A DNA stretch of 20,000 bases from an uncultured virus (IMG/VR IMGVR_UViG_3300044997_001052). Lineage: Duplodnaviria > Heunggongvirae > Uroviricota > Caudoviricetes. Every line of letters begins with the position of its first letter. The stretch's first letter is position 1. Location of the stretch: IMG/VR virus record IMGVR_UViG_3300044997_001052; one strand, written 5' to 3'. This document shows, piece after piece, positions 11,501 to 18,049 of the stretch. Position numbers and translations under genes: made by a program. Under the pieces are notes generated by a model, which had not been told where the DNA came from, made no database searches, and saw only the letters and a program-made list of their open reading frames with translations.

Positions 11501-13533
11501 TTATCATTATAAAGGGTAGCGTTTGAGGCAAGATTTGCTCTTTCATAAAGTTCACCACCAAGTACTTCATATCCTTGTCGTAAATATTTTCTAAACATCA
11601 TTTGCTCTTTGATAGAATTCATTGGTAGTTCAGATCTAATAGCGGTAAGATTAAAATTAGGTATAAACCCTTGGCTTGCATAAGGGTCAAAACTATTTTG
11701 AGCTATAAAGTTTTTTCTATATTCTTTTCCAGCTTTGCTTTTTGATGGTGGCATAATTGCTGGCTGAGACATTCCAGGAAACTTCTTAACTTTTTCAGCA
11801 GAATTATATATGATTTTACCTTCTCCAGAAAGATTCATTTCTCTTATCTTTCCTGGTTTATATCCACCTGCTAAAGCTCCATATATCTCCGACATAGCAT
11901 AATTTGGTATAAATCCAGAAGACTTAGTAGTTATTTGACCACTTTTAACAGCTACGCCTCTTGCGACTAACGAAGAACTAATTGTAGAAGATAATGCCGC
12001 AGCTTGTGATCTCAACGCATTTTGCTCTTTTAATATTTTTAGTATTTGATTTTCTACAGATAAGACCGTAACTTGTTTAGCATTAATTGCGGCAAGTAAT
12101 TGAGGCTCTTGACTTAGAACTTGATTAATTTTTGTTTGTAATTGGGCTCTTGCTTGAGCTTGTTGGTTTATACCCAATAAGTCTTTAAATCCAGAGGCTG
12201 CAAATTTAGATAAATTTAGAGCAAGCTTTCCGATAACAGCAGTAATTAAAACTATACCAGGGCCAGATACAAAAGTTGAAAGGCCTTTTAATATACCCTC
12301 CCCTAGTCTACCCCCAATACTTTCACCGTCTTGACTATTTACAAAATCTAAAACTTTATTAACGCTTTTTAAAACATTTTCTATAGCTGGTTGAAAAGCG
12401 CCAGAACCTATTGTAGTACTAAGTTGTGCGGTATTCGCTATGGTTCTGTTAAATAAAGCGGCGATAGTTTCGTTTAAAGCTTCATTTCTTCTTATAGCTT
12501 CATCTGTAGAAGACATAGAAGTTTTTAGAGCTCTATCATATATAGAATATTCTTTACCTAAATCTCCTAAAGCAGCCTTTAGGACGTTAATTTGAAAAAC
12601 TCCTCCAACGCTTTCAGCGACTTGCGCTCTTTGAGAATCTCTAAGGGTATCAAATGTTGCGCCTAATTCTTTTAATATTTGTAATGCCGGTAAAGTATTT
12701 CCTTCTAAGTCCCTTACAGTTATTCCTAAAGATTGAAGTTGATCTAAGACTTCTGGTCTTTGTATTCTTGTAAAAATAGTTTTTAAAGAATTTCCAATAA
12801 CTGCACCACCTCTAGCGGTAGTTTGTTGTACGCTTGTAACAATAGCTAATAATTGATCAAAATCAACATTAACATCTTGAGCTGAACTTCCTACTCGTTT
12901 AATTGCTTCTGCAAGATCTGCAGAACTTACAGCAAATGCAGCGTCGACATTAGCTAATTTATTAATAATAGCAGTTGAATCTAAAGCTGATTTACTAAAG
13001 CTATTTATTGTTGCAGTCAAAGCTTCTACCGCGTTTACAGTATCTAAACCGCTAAGACGAGTTAATATGAGGGCGTCTCTGGTTCTCTTTAATGTTTCCT
13101 CTGCACCAAGACCTTGACGAGCAAGTTCTGTCGCGGCTTCTGCTACAGAGCGAAATGATTGACCAGTATCTTTAGCTATATTAAATACTTCTGCGCCAAA
13201 TCTAGCTAGACCTTGAGTAGTCGTATTTAATATAACATTAATATCTGTAAGTGATTTTTGAACATCTACAGTTGTTCTGATTAAATCTGTAAAAGCTTTC
13301 TGTACTGCATAAATTAAACCTGCGCTTGCTCCGAACGCAATAACACGCGCATTTGATGCATCTAACGATTTTTGAAACTCATCTGCAGCGCCAGTAATTC
13401 TACCTAAAGGCTGAGTAAAATTCTTTTCGTTTAGTCCTTTAAATTTAAAATCACGAGATAGCGCGTTTTGTATATCTCTTTCGAGTTGTCTCGTATCTGC
13501 ACCTATTGAGATTGTAGCCGAAGTCCTAGCCAT
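5587..13533 (-). CDS. Tail tape measure protein (TP901-like N-terminal core) with modular inserts
   Basis: 2648 aa. N-terminal tape measure core (AATELARQGL...TRDALILTRLSGL...DLAEAIKRVGSSA...ARGGAVIGNSLKTIFTRI), long helical Ala/Lys/Glu-rich regions, Gly-rich hydrophobic segments, C-terminal D.[VI]PA.L..GE[YF]V motifs. Downstream of tail tube and chaperone genes; SD AAGGA at 13541-13545. Confidence 0.93.
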   Translation of the reverse strand: MARTSATISIGADTRQLERDIQNALSRDFKFKGLNEKNFTQPLGRITGAADEFQKSLDASNARVIAFGASAGLIYAVQKAFTDLIRTTVDVQKSLTDINVILNTTTQGLARFGAEVFNIAKDTGQSFRSVAEAATELARQGLGAEETLKRTRDALILTRLSGLDTVNAVEALTATINSFSKSALDSTAIINKLANVDAAFAVSSADLAEAIKRVGSSAQDVNVDFDQLLAIVTSVQQTTARGGAVIGNSLKTIFTRIQRPEVLDQLQSLGITVRDLEGNTLPALQILKELGATFDTLRDSQRAQVAESVGGVFQINVLKAALGDLGKEYSIYDRALKTSMSSTDEAIRRNEALNETIAALFNRTIANTAQLSTTIGSGAFQPAIENVLKSVNKVLDFVNSQDGESIGGRLGEGILKGLSTFVSGPGIVLITAVIGKLALNLSKFAASGFKDLLGINQQAQARAQLQTKINQVLSQEPQLLAAINAKQVTVLSVENQILKILKEQNALRSQAAALSSTISSSLVARGVAVKSGQITTKSSGFIPNYAMSEIYGALAGGYKPGKIREMNLSGEGKIIYNSAEKVKKFPGMSQPAIMPPSKSKAGKEYRKNFIAQNSFDPYASQGFIPNFNLTAIRSELPMNSIKEQMMFRKYLRQGYEVLGGELYERANLASNATLYNDKSLIRAAGQILVKSNKKSIIVKQLREKELATAQGKGAREAAKIRSKLVYVYPDAAGGAPPFFVGGTSKTGESYKFTAFPFPGGGEKIPDELYNNISNSLVQNAKDYISQVSTRPQLVDQKIFEQYIKSNLSRSAVEAATGQVFEASVKAAIKRVTTSEISNFDLDRGELLAISKRFKSAGPLKDFTAGDFKNSLSDSNLDSFADKIATKEGKTKAKKTKSAGFIPNFSALGSSIKRELAAGVPVSKIRVGQDNRLMSPKNPLGIGVYNTDDEPNGIKQGIAAQKNINVAKKAGSFSEGFIPNFAGQGPFIGLNPAAMTNLTNVLGSTDAGAYARDEIQKAKAEFNKIINELRNQQRSLKSANKEVDQLKLKYNLSNQSVTNMNRSLQEVANATRSFNKNVSNLERSAGGFLGLGIGGGRQLRELERIRDTTTGERAQRASEALGRAQQARQVGAQRIQTAGIGLSIGAPIIAQTIAASRPGDQKAQAAAEGLGTFASFAGAGALFGPFGIAIGATVGAVLGFKKSLEILNDKTAEFAKQAAQSLNNLSRFNENVQGFLTFRDQIRGLQTGEIKGTNKDLQRAERESRASLGRVLNDVGPELRNQIINAVESGDEERLREALGRASTIKESAKSIDEFASNIAKLKKDGNLKDTFDENITAFGMLRTRSGETFAELFSNNEKLIGSLSGYANAVELVSFTTSKGIKDLEKSLTDRPLFGEVRDPFGFTNLTNIQNGPKSVMETGMSPFPQEQIDKKIKQMDIAYVEAITRSSQGFGGVFEKYGVPKNYAKLTQEEKENFAIQKLSSDLAAESLKNFNTELNNFVGDLVTTGEITEKNSESIKKSIKNILEGEGDPKEKITKVIEKFKELGGSIELAGIAMDNAAKGIFSFAKLSVNLTELFAQGDGTEGGDAKAKARRLAGAKILKQSNFAELFKDPELVTQYSPKTILENLTKSATTKIVEGTQEDSKRINLMTEFSNEIKIASDMLAKEGKLTDEQLAKLSVGLDKAGQKASISGENLKFLEASISDATLKQEAINKYKAIEADLTQKLNGNVNLLIPALSNAAKSLSIIQQARRGEIFLEEKNSQLIKDSIDAIRSNRFEGLDIEELTRKSASDYQKEIADSTLQGINSINENTLDDQTRTLAKERLKALEQEQLNLIKSQGSLSVRQVSEFESKLKALTASNSSLKNGFDTLNTSILDSTLRQGAANKLEIIRTDLEKKYGDNLVKLDLATQAAADNLSLFAQSAEGAIFSDEFLSGRQAIREKNIKLGNTKPMDFLEAFTDTFDYNTSTLFRDVQLGAIDTARTIKSEFNNAFLSFANGTATASDAFRKMALNISDKIQQLALEFTTNLAFGQLFGSTSAFGGAGIFGNLFGKSKGGIIKGYSSGGTVTGGSGTKDDVPAMLSAGEYVIRKSAVKKYGPEYLQMLNQGRVEKKFLGGITQQITAAHGTAMAYGMMAASGAVSRENAYRMYKERKAINAQNSKFPSLHTSSFGDGMFNAIADRSSTFAPVFKSSNQPTSTTFGYSALSPRRKDDEQYFKHGGRVQKFLIGGPIKTAMAGLIAAGKVTAATSNPTDSSTTPTTATNYGTAGAFGSNVARLSRTVLKSQGLLSYNQSDTSLSNMYFKNGGRVQKFATGGELNYVAKNTFKVKDFDPIYIEETGQTLYRPKNGKLSAESDLNLRALLDSSNPQNELRKQMEQIYIDRINKIDDYLEYVDGVREANKKSYEENQRINKEIRDQYNRQKKQAITAGLIQAGIGLAGIGLSFLPGAGTEGGIFGNLFGSQSKYGPSAKLGASSAVRSNYLSSAPLRYSMPTPRAPMPRAMGGYIKKFADGGQNYKDNIPALLMGGEFVMRKEAVNLYGKKFFDELNSGRIKKFAEGGSASGQIGFSSNNQNAPINNVNVTVNLTQGQTMMESKQEKSGSELNEMSEKDKANMLGQRIKSQVIQTILEQQRPGGLLSSQMYKKRQ
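6583..6885 (-). repeat. Imperfect 45-bp direct repeat inside the TMP gene (6583-6627 and 6841-6885)
   Basis: 38/45 identical by manual alignment. Encodes YFKHGGRVQKFLIGG and YFKNGGRVQKFATGG, 258 nt apart. Confidence 0.85.
10594..11916 (-). repeat. Four dispersed GFIPN[FY] peptide repeats in the TMP
   Basis: Copies at 11899-11916, 11653-11670, 10822-10839 and 10594-10611 (aa 540, 622, 899, 975): SSGFIPNY, SQGFIPNF, SAGFIPNF, SEGFIPNF. Confidence 0.9.
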
Positions 13534-13553
13534 GCCTTATTCCTTTGCTACTA

Positions 13554-13563
13554 TAAATTACAC
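13554..13563 (-). promoter_or_regulatory. Conserved intergenic motif GTGTAATTTA, putative late promoter of the TMP gene
   Basis: 20 nt upstream of the TMP ATG; same motif in three other spacers. Confidence 0.7.
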
Positions 13564-13592
13564 AAAATATACTTAATTATGATAGTTTTAAC

Positions 13593-14606
13593 TTATTTAA
13601 TTCCATGTAGTTTCATTAAATCTTCCATGTTTAAAACTCCGCTTTTCTTTAGAGCTTCTTCATGCAAATTCACGCCTTTTTGACCTTTATTTATTTTTTC
13701 AAGATCTTCTTTGCTTGCGCCAATAATAGAAGTACCTACGGCGCCTTCGCTCTTTTTATTTTCTTTTGAGCCGTTTTTGTCTAAAACTTCTTCTAAATTT
13801 CTTGAACTTTCTAACCAGTCAATTAATTTATCTGGATCTTCGTATAAGTCGTCAGAAGGTTTATTCTTTGCCTCAGTTATAATACTCTTAAAATATCTTG
13901 CATATCCAAATACCTCAACTTGATAAAAAGTAAGATGCATAATTGGTTTACCATAAAAATAATAAGGATTATCTTCGCTAATATTAAAAAGATTTAAATA
14001 AAAAGGAGACAACGCTATCTTCTTAAGGTTTTTATCAAAAAAATCTTCGTTAAATTCATTGTATATTTTTAATATATTTAAAATATCTTGATCTTCTAAT
14101 TCGTCAAATTCGTTTTCAGAAAAATATTTATTTTTTAAATCTTCATCTTTATATAATGAATTTTTCATATAATATTCATTTATTTTCTTATTAGAATAGT
14201 CCTCTGCCGTAAATCCAATTAGCTCTTTCTTTTCTGATTTTAATTTATTTAATTTTAAATTTTCTTCATTAATTTGAATATTTATGGATTTAATTTCTTC
14301 GCTTCTGAACAATTTTGATTTTGTAGTTTTTAAATTAGATATATAAAAACCTATTTTATCTATTTCTTTATTTTTTTCTTCTGACCATAGTTTTTCTTTA
14401 ATGATATATTTATCTTGATCCTCTAGAGTTGGAAGTCCTCTTTGGATTGCTTTATTCTTAAATTCTTCTTTTCTATGATCAGCTTCGCCAGAATCAAAAC
14501 TTGTTTGATGTTTTATGAATATTTTATCTTTACGAAACGCCCTAATAGAATATCCTCTAAGGATATCTATAAAAATTAACTTCAACTTATTCTTGTCATG
14601 AATCAA
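13593..14606 (-). CDS. Hypothetical protein, probable tail assembly chaperone (second of pair)
   Basis: 337-aa charged, coiled-coil-like ORF immediately upstream of the TMP. TTG start overlaps the TGA of the previous gene (TTGA). Function inferred from position only. Confidence 0.55.
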   Translation of the reverse strand: MIHDKNKLKLIFIDILRGYSIRAFRKDKIFIKHQTSFDSGEADHRKEEFKNKAIQRGLPTLEDQDKYIIKEKLWSEEKNKEIDKIGFYISNLKTTKSKLFRSEEIKSINIQINEENLKLNKLKSEKKELIGFTAEDYSNKKINEYYMKNSLYKDEDLKNKYFSENEFDELEDQDILNILKIYNEFNEDFFDKNLKKIALSPFYLNLFNISEDNPYYFYGKPIMHLTFYQVEVFGYARYFKSIITEAKNKPSDDLYEDPDKLIDWLESSRNLEEVLDKNGSKENKKSEGAVGTSIIGASKEDLEKINKGQKGVNLHEEALKKSGVLNMEDLMKLHGIK

Positions 14607-15382
14607 GTTGTGGCTTTCGCTTTATCATTTTTATATTCATCAGAATCAATTAGTTTAACTAATTTTTCAAATTCTTCTTGAGAAGAAGCTCTTCCTGTAT
14701 ACCAAAAACTTATTAAGTATACAAATTTTGATAGAGCTCTTCTTTCCCAAGAATCTTCGCTCTTTTCTTCTACTAAATCATATGCTTCTAATTTTTCTTC
14801 ATAAGATGATCCTTTGAATAAATCTTGAAATTTTCCTTCATCATCTTGTAACTGGCTTAATTGCAAAACCCACCACATAATAGTTTTATTTCTGGCTCTA
14901 TTTTCCGCAGTTTGCTCAAATAGACTTGCTTGAGCAAATTCATAGTCTTGCAATTTTTCTCTTGTTTCCGCGATTTCTTTTATAATTCTTTTGTATTCAT
15001 TTTTTTCAGTTTCGCTTCTATTCTTTTCTTCTTTTAAAGAAACTTTTTGAAATTCTGTTTGTAGTTCAAAAAGTTTAATGTATAATTTTGTGTATTCTTC
15101 TTTATCAGAATCACTAAATACTCCGCCATCATTGCTAAATCTTTTAGCTAAGAGCGCCCTTGTTAAAAGACCAGCTTTAATACCTTCTGAAAGACGAACT
15201 CCGAAAAATAGCTCTGCTTCATCAAAAAGACCTCTACTAGGTTTCTTAATTGATAGCTTTATTGGAACATTAACTTTTGCTTTAGAAGTAACTTTGACTT
15301 CTTCGCCTTTTTCGTTTGTAGAAACATCTACTTTTTCGACTTCTTTTTCTTGATTAATAGTAAATTCATACATTGTTTTCAT
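14603..15382 (-). CDS. Hypothetical protein, probable tail assembly chaperone (first of pair)
   Basis: Lys/Glu-rich helical ORF between tail tube and TMP. Start moved from the TTG at 15403 to the ATG at 15382, which has GGAG (15389-15392) 6 nt upstream, giving 259 aa. Confidence 0.6.
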   Translation of the reverse strand: MKTMYEFTINQEKEVEKVDVSTNEKGEEVKVTSKAKVNVPIKLSIKKPSRGLFDEAELFFGVRLSEGIKAGLLTRALLAKRFSNDGGVFSDSDKEEYTKLYIKLFELQTEFQKVSLKEEKNRSETEKNEYKRIIKEIAETREKLQDYEFAQASLFEQTAENRARNKTIMWWVLQLSQLQDDEGKFQDLFKGSSYEEKLEAYDLVEEKSEDSWERRALSKFVYLISFWYTGRASSQEEFEKLVKLIDSDEYKNDKAKATT

Positions 15383-15653
15383 ATTTTTCTCCATTGTTTT
15401 CAACTATTTGATTAAGGTATTTTTTTATTTTACCATAATAGACTACGCCACCAATTGTTTTGATAAATTGGCGTTTTTTATTTTCATCCCAGTTTTTATA
15501 ATTTTTAATAAAATTAGGATTTTTAAATATCATTAAGCTGGGTTTTAAAATACCAAAATTGTCTTTCAAACTTTTCTGTATACTTTGCATAGAAAGATTT
15601 CCTTCTATTATCTTATCTATCGGAAAATTATAATTTATTTTTTTATGTCTCAT
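15366..15653 (-). CDS. Hypothetical protein (95 aa, basic)
   Basis: ATGA overlap with the upstream gene and short overlap with the downstream gene, i.e. operon-like packing. Confidence 0.65.
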   Translation of the reverse strand: MRHKKINYNFPIDKIIEGNLSMQSIQKSLKDNFGILKPSLMIFKNPNFIKNYKNWDENKKRQFIKTIGGVVYYGKIKKYLNQIVENNGEKYENNV

Positions 15654-15874
15654 TTTATTGATATATTTAATTTGCTGAAACTTTCTTCTATCTCTCTGAT
15701 AGCGTCATTTGCATTATCGAGAATTCTTTTGCGTATTTTTTGATAAGTTTCATCATTTATATTATAACCTGAATTACCTAGATCTTCAAGTATAAAAAAG
15801 AAATTTTTATATATATTTGTAATTTTTCTCTTTATCTGAAAAAGAGTAATATCTTTTATAGGATCATTTTCCAT
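15650..15874 (-). CDS. Hypothetical protein (74 aa, helical hairpin-like)
   Basis: ATG preceded by SD-like AAGGT and the GTGTAATTTA motif; amphipathic helical pattern. Confidence 0.7.
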   Translation of the reverse strand: MENDPIKDITLFQIKRKITNIYKNFFFILEDLGNSGYNINDETYQKIRKRILDNANDAIREIEESFSKLNISIK

Positions 15875-15909
15875 AATCTTTTACCTTTATTTTAACCTTT
15901 AACCTAAAC

Positions 15910-15919
15910 TAAATTACAC
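15910..15919 (-). promoter_or_regulatory. Conserved intergenic motif GTGTAATTTA, putative late promoter
   Basis: Exact copy, 35 nt upstream of the ATG at 15874, directly after the terminator T-tract. Confidence 0.7.
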
Positions 15920-15953
15920 AAAAAATAACCCCGCGAGAAGCGAGGGTTATTTT
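15920..15953 (-). terminator. Rho-independent terminator after the tail tube gene
   Basis: Minus strand AAAATAACCCTCGC-TTCTC-GCGGGGTTATTTTTT: inverted repeat with one bulge and a T-tract, 21 nt past the stop codon. Confidence 0.85.
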
Positions 15954-15974
15954 ATAATTTTATTTAATTATTTA

Positions 15975-17129
15975 TTAGAACTGACCGTTAATAAATAATC
16001 CATTATCCGTATCTTGAGGACCACCAACTTGAGTACTAAACGTTAACGTTACAGTCTTGTTGGCTCCGATATCAGAGCTAAATTCTTGACTATCTAATTT
16101 AGCGCCTTTAAGTTTGAATTTAGCCATAGTCAAATTAGCGTCTGTTGGGCTTTTGATTGTTATTGATGGACTGTAAGTTGTAGAATCGTCTGCAACTAGA
16201 CTTGCAAGATTTCCAATTTGCATATCTGTTACTTGAGCGTCTATGCTTAATGTAACAGTTAATGGGAAATCAATTTCTTTTGCAAAAGCGAACTTATTTC
16301 CAAGTTTTTCAATTGGAGTACGAGCAAGGTCAAAGCTTAATGTATAACTTTGAATGTTGATTTTATCTACTTCTGCTCCACCAGCAGAAGTATTACTTAA
16401 ACTTAATGTAATATCTCCTGGGCGAAGAGCACTGATTGCATTTCCACTTCCAATTCCAACATTTTCTACAGCTTCTGGAAGTTGATAAAAGTGAAGAAGA
16501 GTTTTGCCGTCAGCTGGGTTTACAGCTGGTACATAATTACCACTAATACCATTTTGGAAATTCATATTTAAACCTTCTACATTAATAGTGGTTGTTGGGA
16601 AATTACCAACAGAAGCTTCTGTTGAATAGGAAGTTATGAATCCATTACCAATTCCAATGACTCCGTTAACATTGCCAGTATTAGAAAATCCTACTGCGTC
16701 ATTGCCTTCTGGAGTTGTGCGGATAAAGTAATTTCTTTCATCAGTTGTTTTATTTAAGAATCCAGAGATTGCAGAAACATTAGAATCTGCATTGCCAGAA
16801 ACAACTGTGAATCCAAGAATATTTTCATTTGCAAGATTAGCATTAATATAACTAAAATCTAGGGCAACAGTTGGGTTTGTTAAAATTACGCGATCAATTG
16901 CTGCGAGTTGACCAAATTGATTTACGTCTGTGCGATCAACATTAAAACTATAATTTGCAGTTTGAATCCTTTGAAGTTGTTTGACTAGGTTAAGGCTTGA
17001 ATTTGGTGAATTTGAATCGCCACCAATTCCAAGGCGGACCAGGCCCGAAGTTCCATAATGAAATCCCGTGGCTGGCGCGGGTCCAGCATAAAGCGCTTCA
17101 GATTGATAAATTATTCTATTTCTAGGCAT
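15975..17129 (-). CDS. Major tail tube protein (putative)
   Basis: 384 aa, beta-strand-rich Gly/Ser/Thr/Asn composition with two similar halves (IQTANYSFNVDRTDVNQFG vs IQSYTLSFDLARTPIEKLG). Has its own SD (GGAG), promoter-like motif and terminator, as expected for a highly expressed gene. Sits between completion genes and chaperones/TMP. Confidence 0.75.
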   Translation of the reverse strand: MPRNRIIYQSEALYAGPAPATGFHYGTSGLVRLGIGGDSNSPNSSLNLVKQLQRIQTANYSFNVDRTDVNQFGQLAAIDRVILTNPTVALDFSYINANLANENILGFTVVSGNADSNVSAISGFLNKTTDERNYFIRTTPEGNDAVGFSNTGNVNGVIGIGNGFITSYSTEASVGNFPTTTINVEGLNMNFQNGISGNYVPAVNPADGKTLLHFYQLPEAVENVGIGSGNAISALRPGDITLSLSNTSAGGAEVDKINIQSYTLSFDLARTPIEKLGNKFAFAKEIDFPLTVTLSIDAQVTDMQIGNLASLVADDSTTYSPSITIKSPTDANLTMAKFKLKGAKLDSQEFSSDIGANKTVTLTFSTQVGGPQDTDNGLFINGQF

Positions 17130-17148
17130 ATTAAATTCTCCATTTATC

Positions 17149-17158
17149 TTTATTACAC
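17149..17158 (-). promoter_or_regulatory. Variant motif GTGTAATAAA, putative late promoter of the tail tube gene
   Basis: 19 nt upstream of the ATG at 17129; 8/10 match to the other copies. Confidence 0.65.
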
Positions 17159-17184
17159 CTTATTTTTATATTTTTCCATCTTTT

Positions 17185-18048
17185 TTATTGGTTTGGATAT
17201 CTATTTTGACTTAATTCAAAATCTATAAATGCAGTAAATAAGTTAGGGTTTAATTTATTGTAATTATTACTTAATCTGTTATCTATTTTAGATATGCTAA
17301 CGTTATCTATATATAAATACTCATAATCTGGCTGTTTACTAGAAATTAATTCTTGATAATTAAAACAATGACCCGTACAGCTGCCAAGCATATTAAACGG
17401 CATTTCATTATCATATATTAAGGGTATTAGGCTTCTAGAAGCATCTCTAAATATGCTAGTCACAGCATCTAATTTAAATATATTATCAGATAATACTATT
17501 GCTCTTACATTAATATTCGTTTTATCTAAACCGCCAAAAGCTAAGGGTTCGTTTGCTCCACCTTGATATTTTAAATATACAACGGGATAAGTCTCGACAT
17601 TTGGAGCTAAACCAGTAGGATTTTGATATGTCTGAGGTTTTAGTTGAAACTGGGTTTCGAATAATAAATCTTCTTCTGTTTCGCTGGTTAGATATACATT
17701 AAAATCTTTTACTGCATAATTACCGCTAATAGAATTTGGTGCATCAGCTATTGGCTGACTAAAATATAATTGACCTTGACTCGCATTAATTCCACTTAAA
17801 TAATTTTGTCCTACTTCAGTAAAAATATTATTAATATATACTCCACTAATAATATTTGCATTTGGCACAGACTCATCAATTACCATCTGTTTAAATGGTG
17901 CGCCATATGTATAATAACCATAGTATCTTGTTTCTATTGGCCAAAAATTACTTGAATGATTTGTGAAAGCTTCTCCTTTAGTAAGTAATTTATTATCAAA
18001 CCAAAACAGCATACTGGTCATTGCAATATTATTAAATTGGGCTTTCAT
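17185..18048 (-). CDS. Putative tail terminator / tail completion protein
   Basis: 287 aa, immediately upstream of the tail tube gene. YPVVYL motif and terminal beta strand AFIDFELS resemble tail terminator proteins. Mainly positional. Confidence 0.5.
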   Translation of the reverse strand: MKAQFNNIAMTSMLFWFDNKLLTKGEAFTNHSSNFWPIETRYYGYYTYGAPFKQMVIDESVPNANIISGVYINNIFTEVGQNYLSGINASQGQLYFSQPIADAPNSISGNYAVKDFNVYLTSETEEDLLFETQFQLKPQTYQNPTGLAPNVETYPVVYLKYQGGANEPLAFGGLDKTNINVRAIVLSDNIFKLDAVTSIFRDASRSLIPLIYDNEMPFNMLGSCTGHCFNYQELISSKQPDYEYLYIDNVSISKIDNRLSNNYNKLNPNLFTAFIDFELSQNRYPNQ

Positions 18049-18049
18049 T

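Noticed and set aside
14600..14630. Programmed -1 frameshift between the two chaperone-like genes (the downstream ORF is in the -1 frame)
   Set aside because: The -1 frame is open for only five codons before the TTG, and that window (A GCG AAA GCC ACA ACT TGA) has no in-frame X XXY YYZ heptamer. TTGA start-stop coupling is simpler, though a non-canonical shift cannot be excluded.
13711..15353. Plus-strand ORFs 13711-13923 and 15078-15353
   Set aside because: Antisense to well-supported minus-strand genes; Ser/Leu/Phe-rich mirror of Lys/Glu codons.
15371..15403. 11-bp direct repeat CATTGTTTTCA giving MKTM..MKTM and the TTG start at 15403
   Set aside because: Too short to interpret in AT-rich DNA; the SD-supported ATG at 15382 is the better start.
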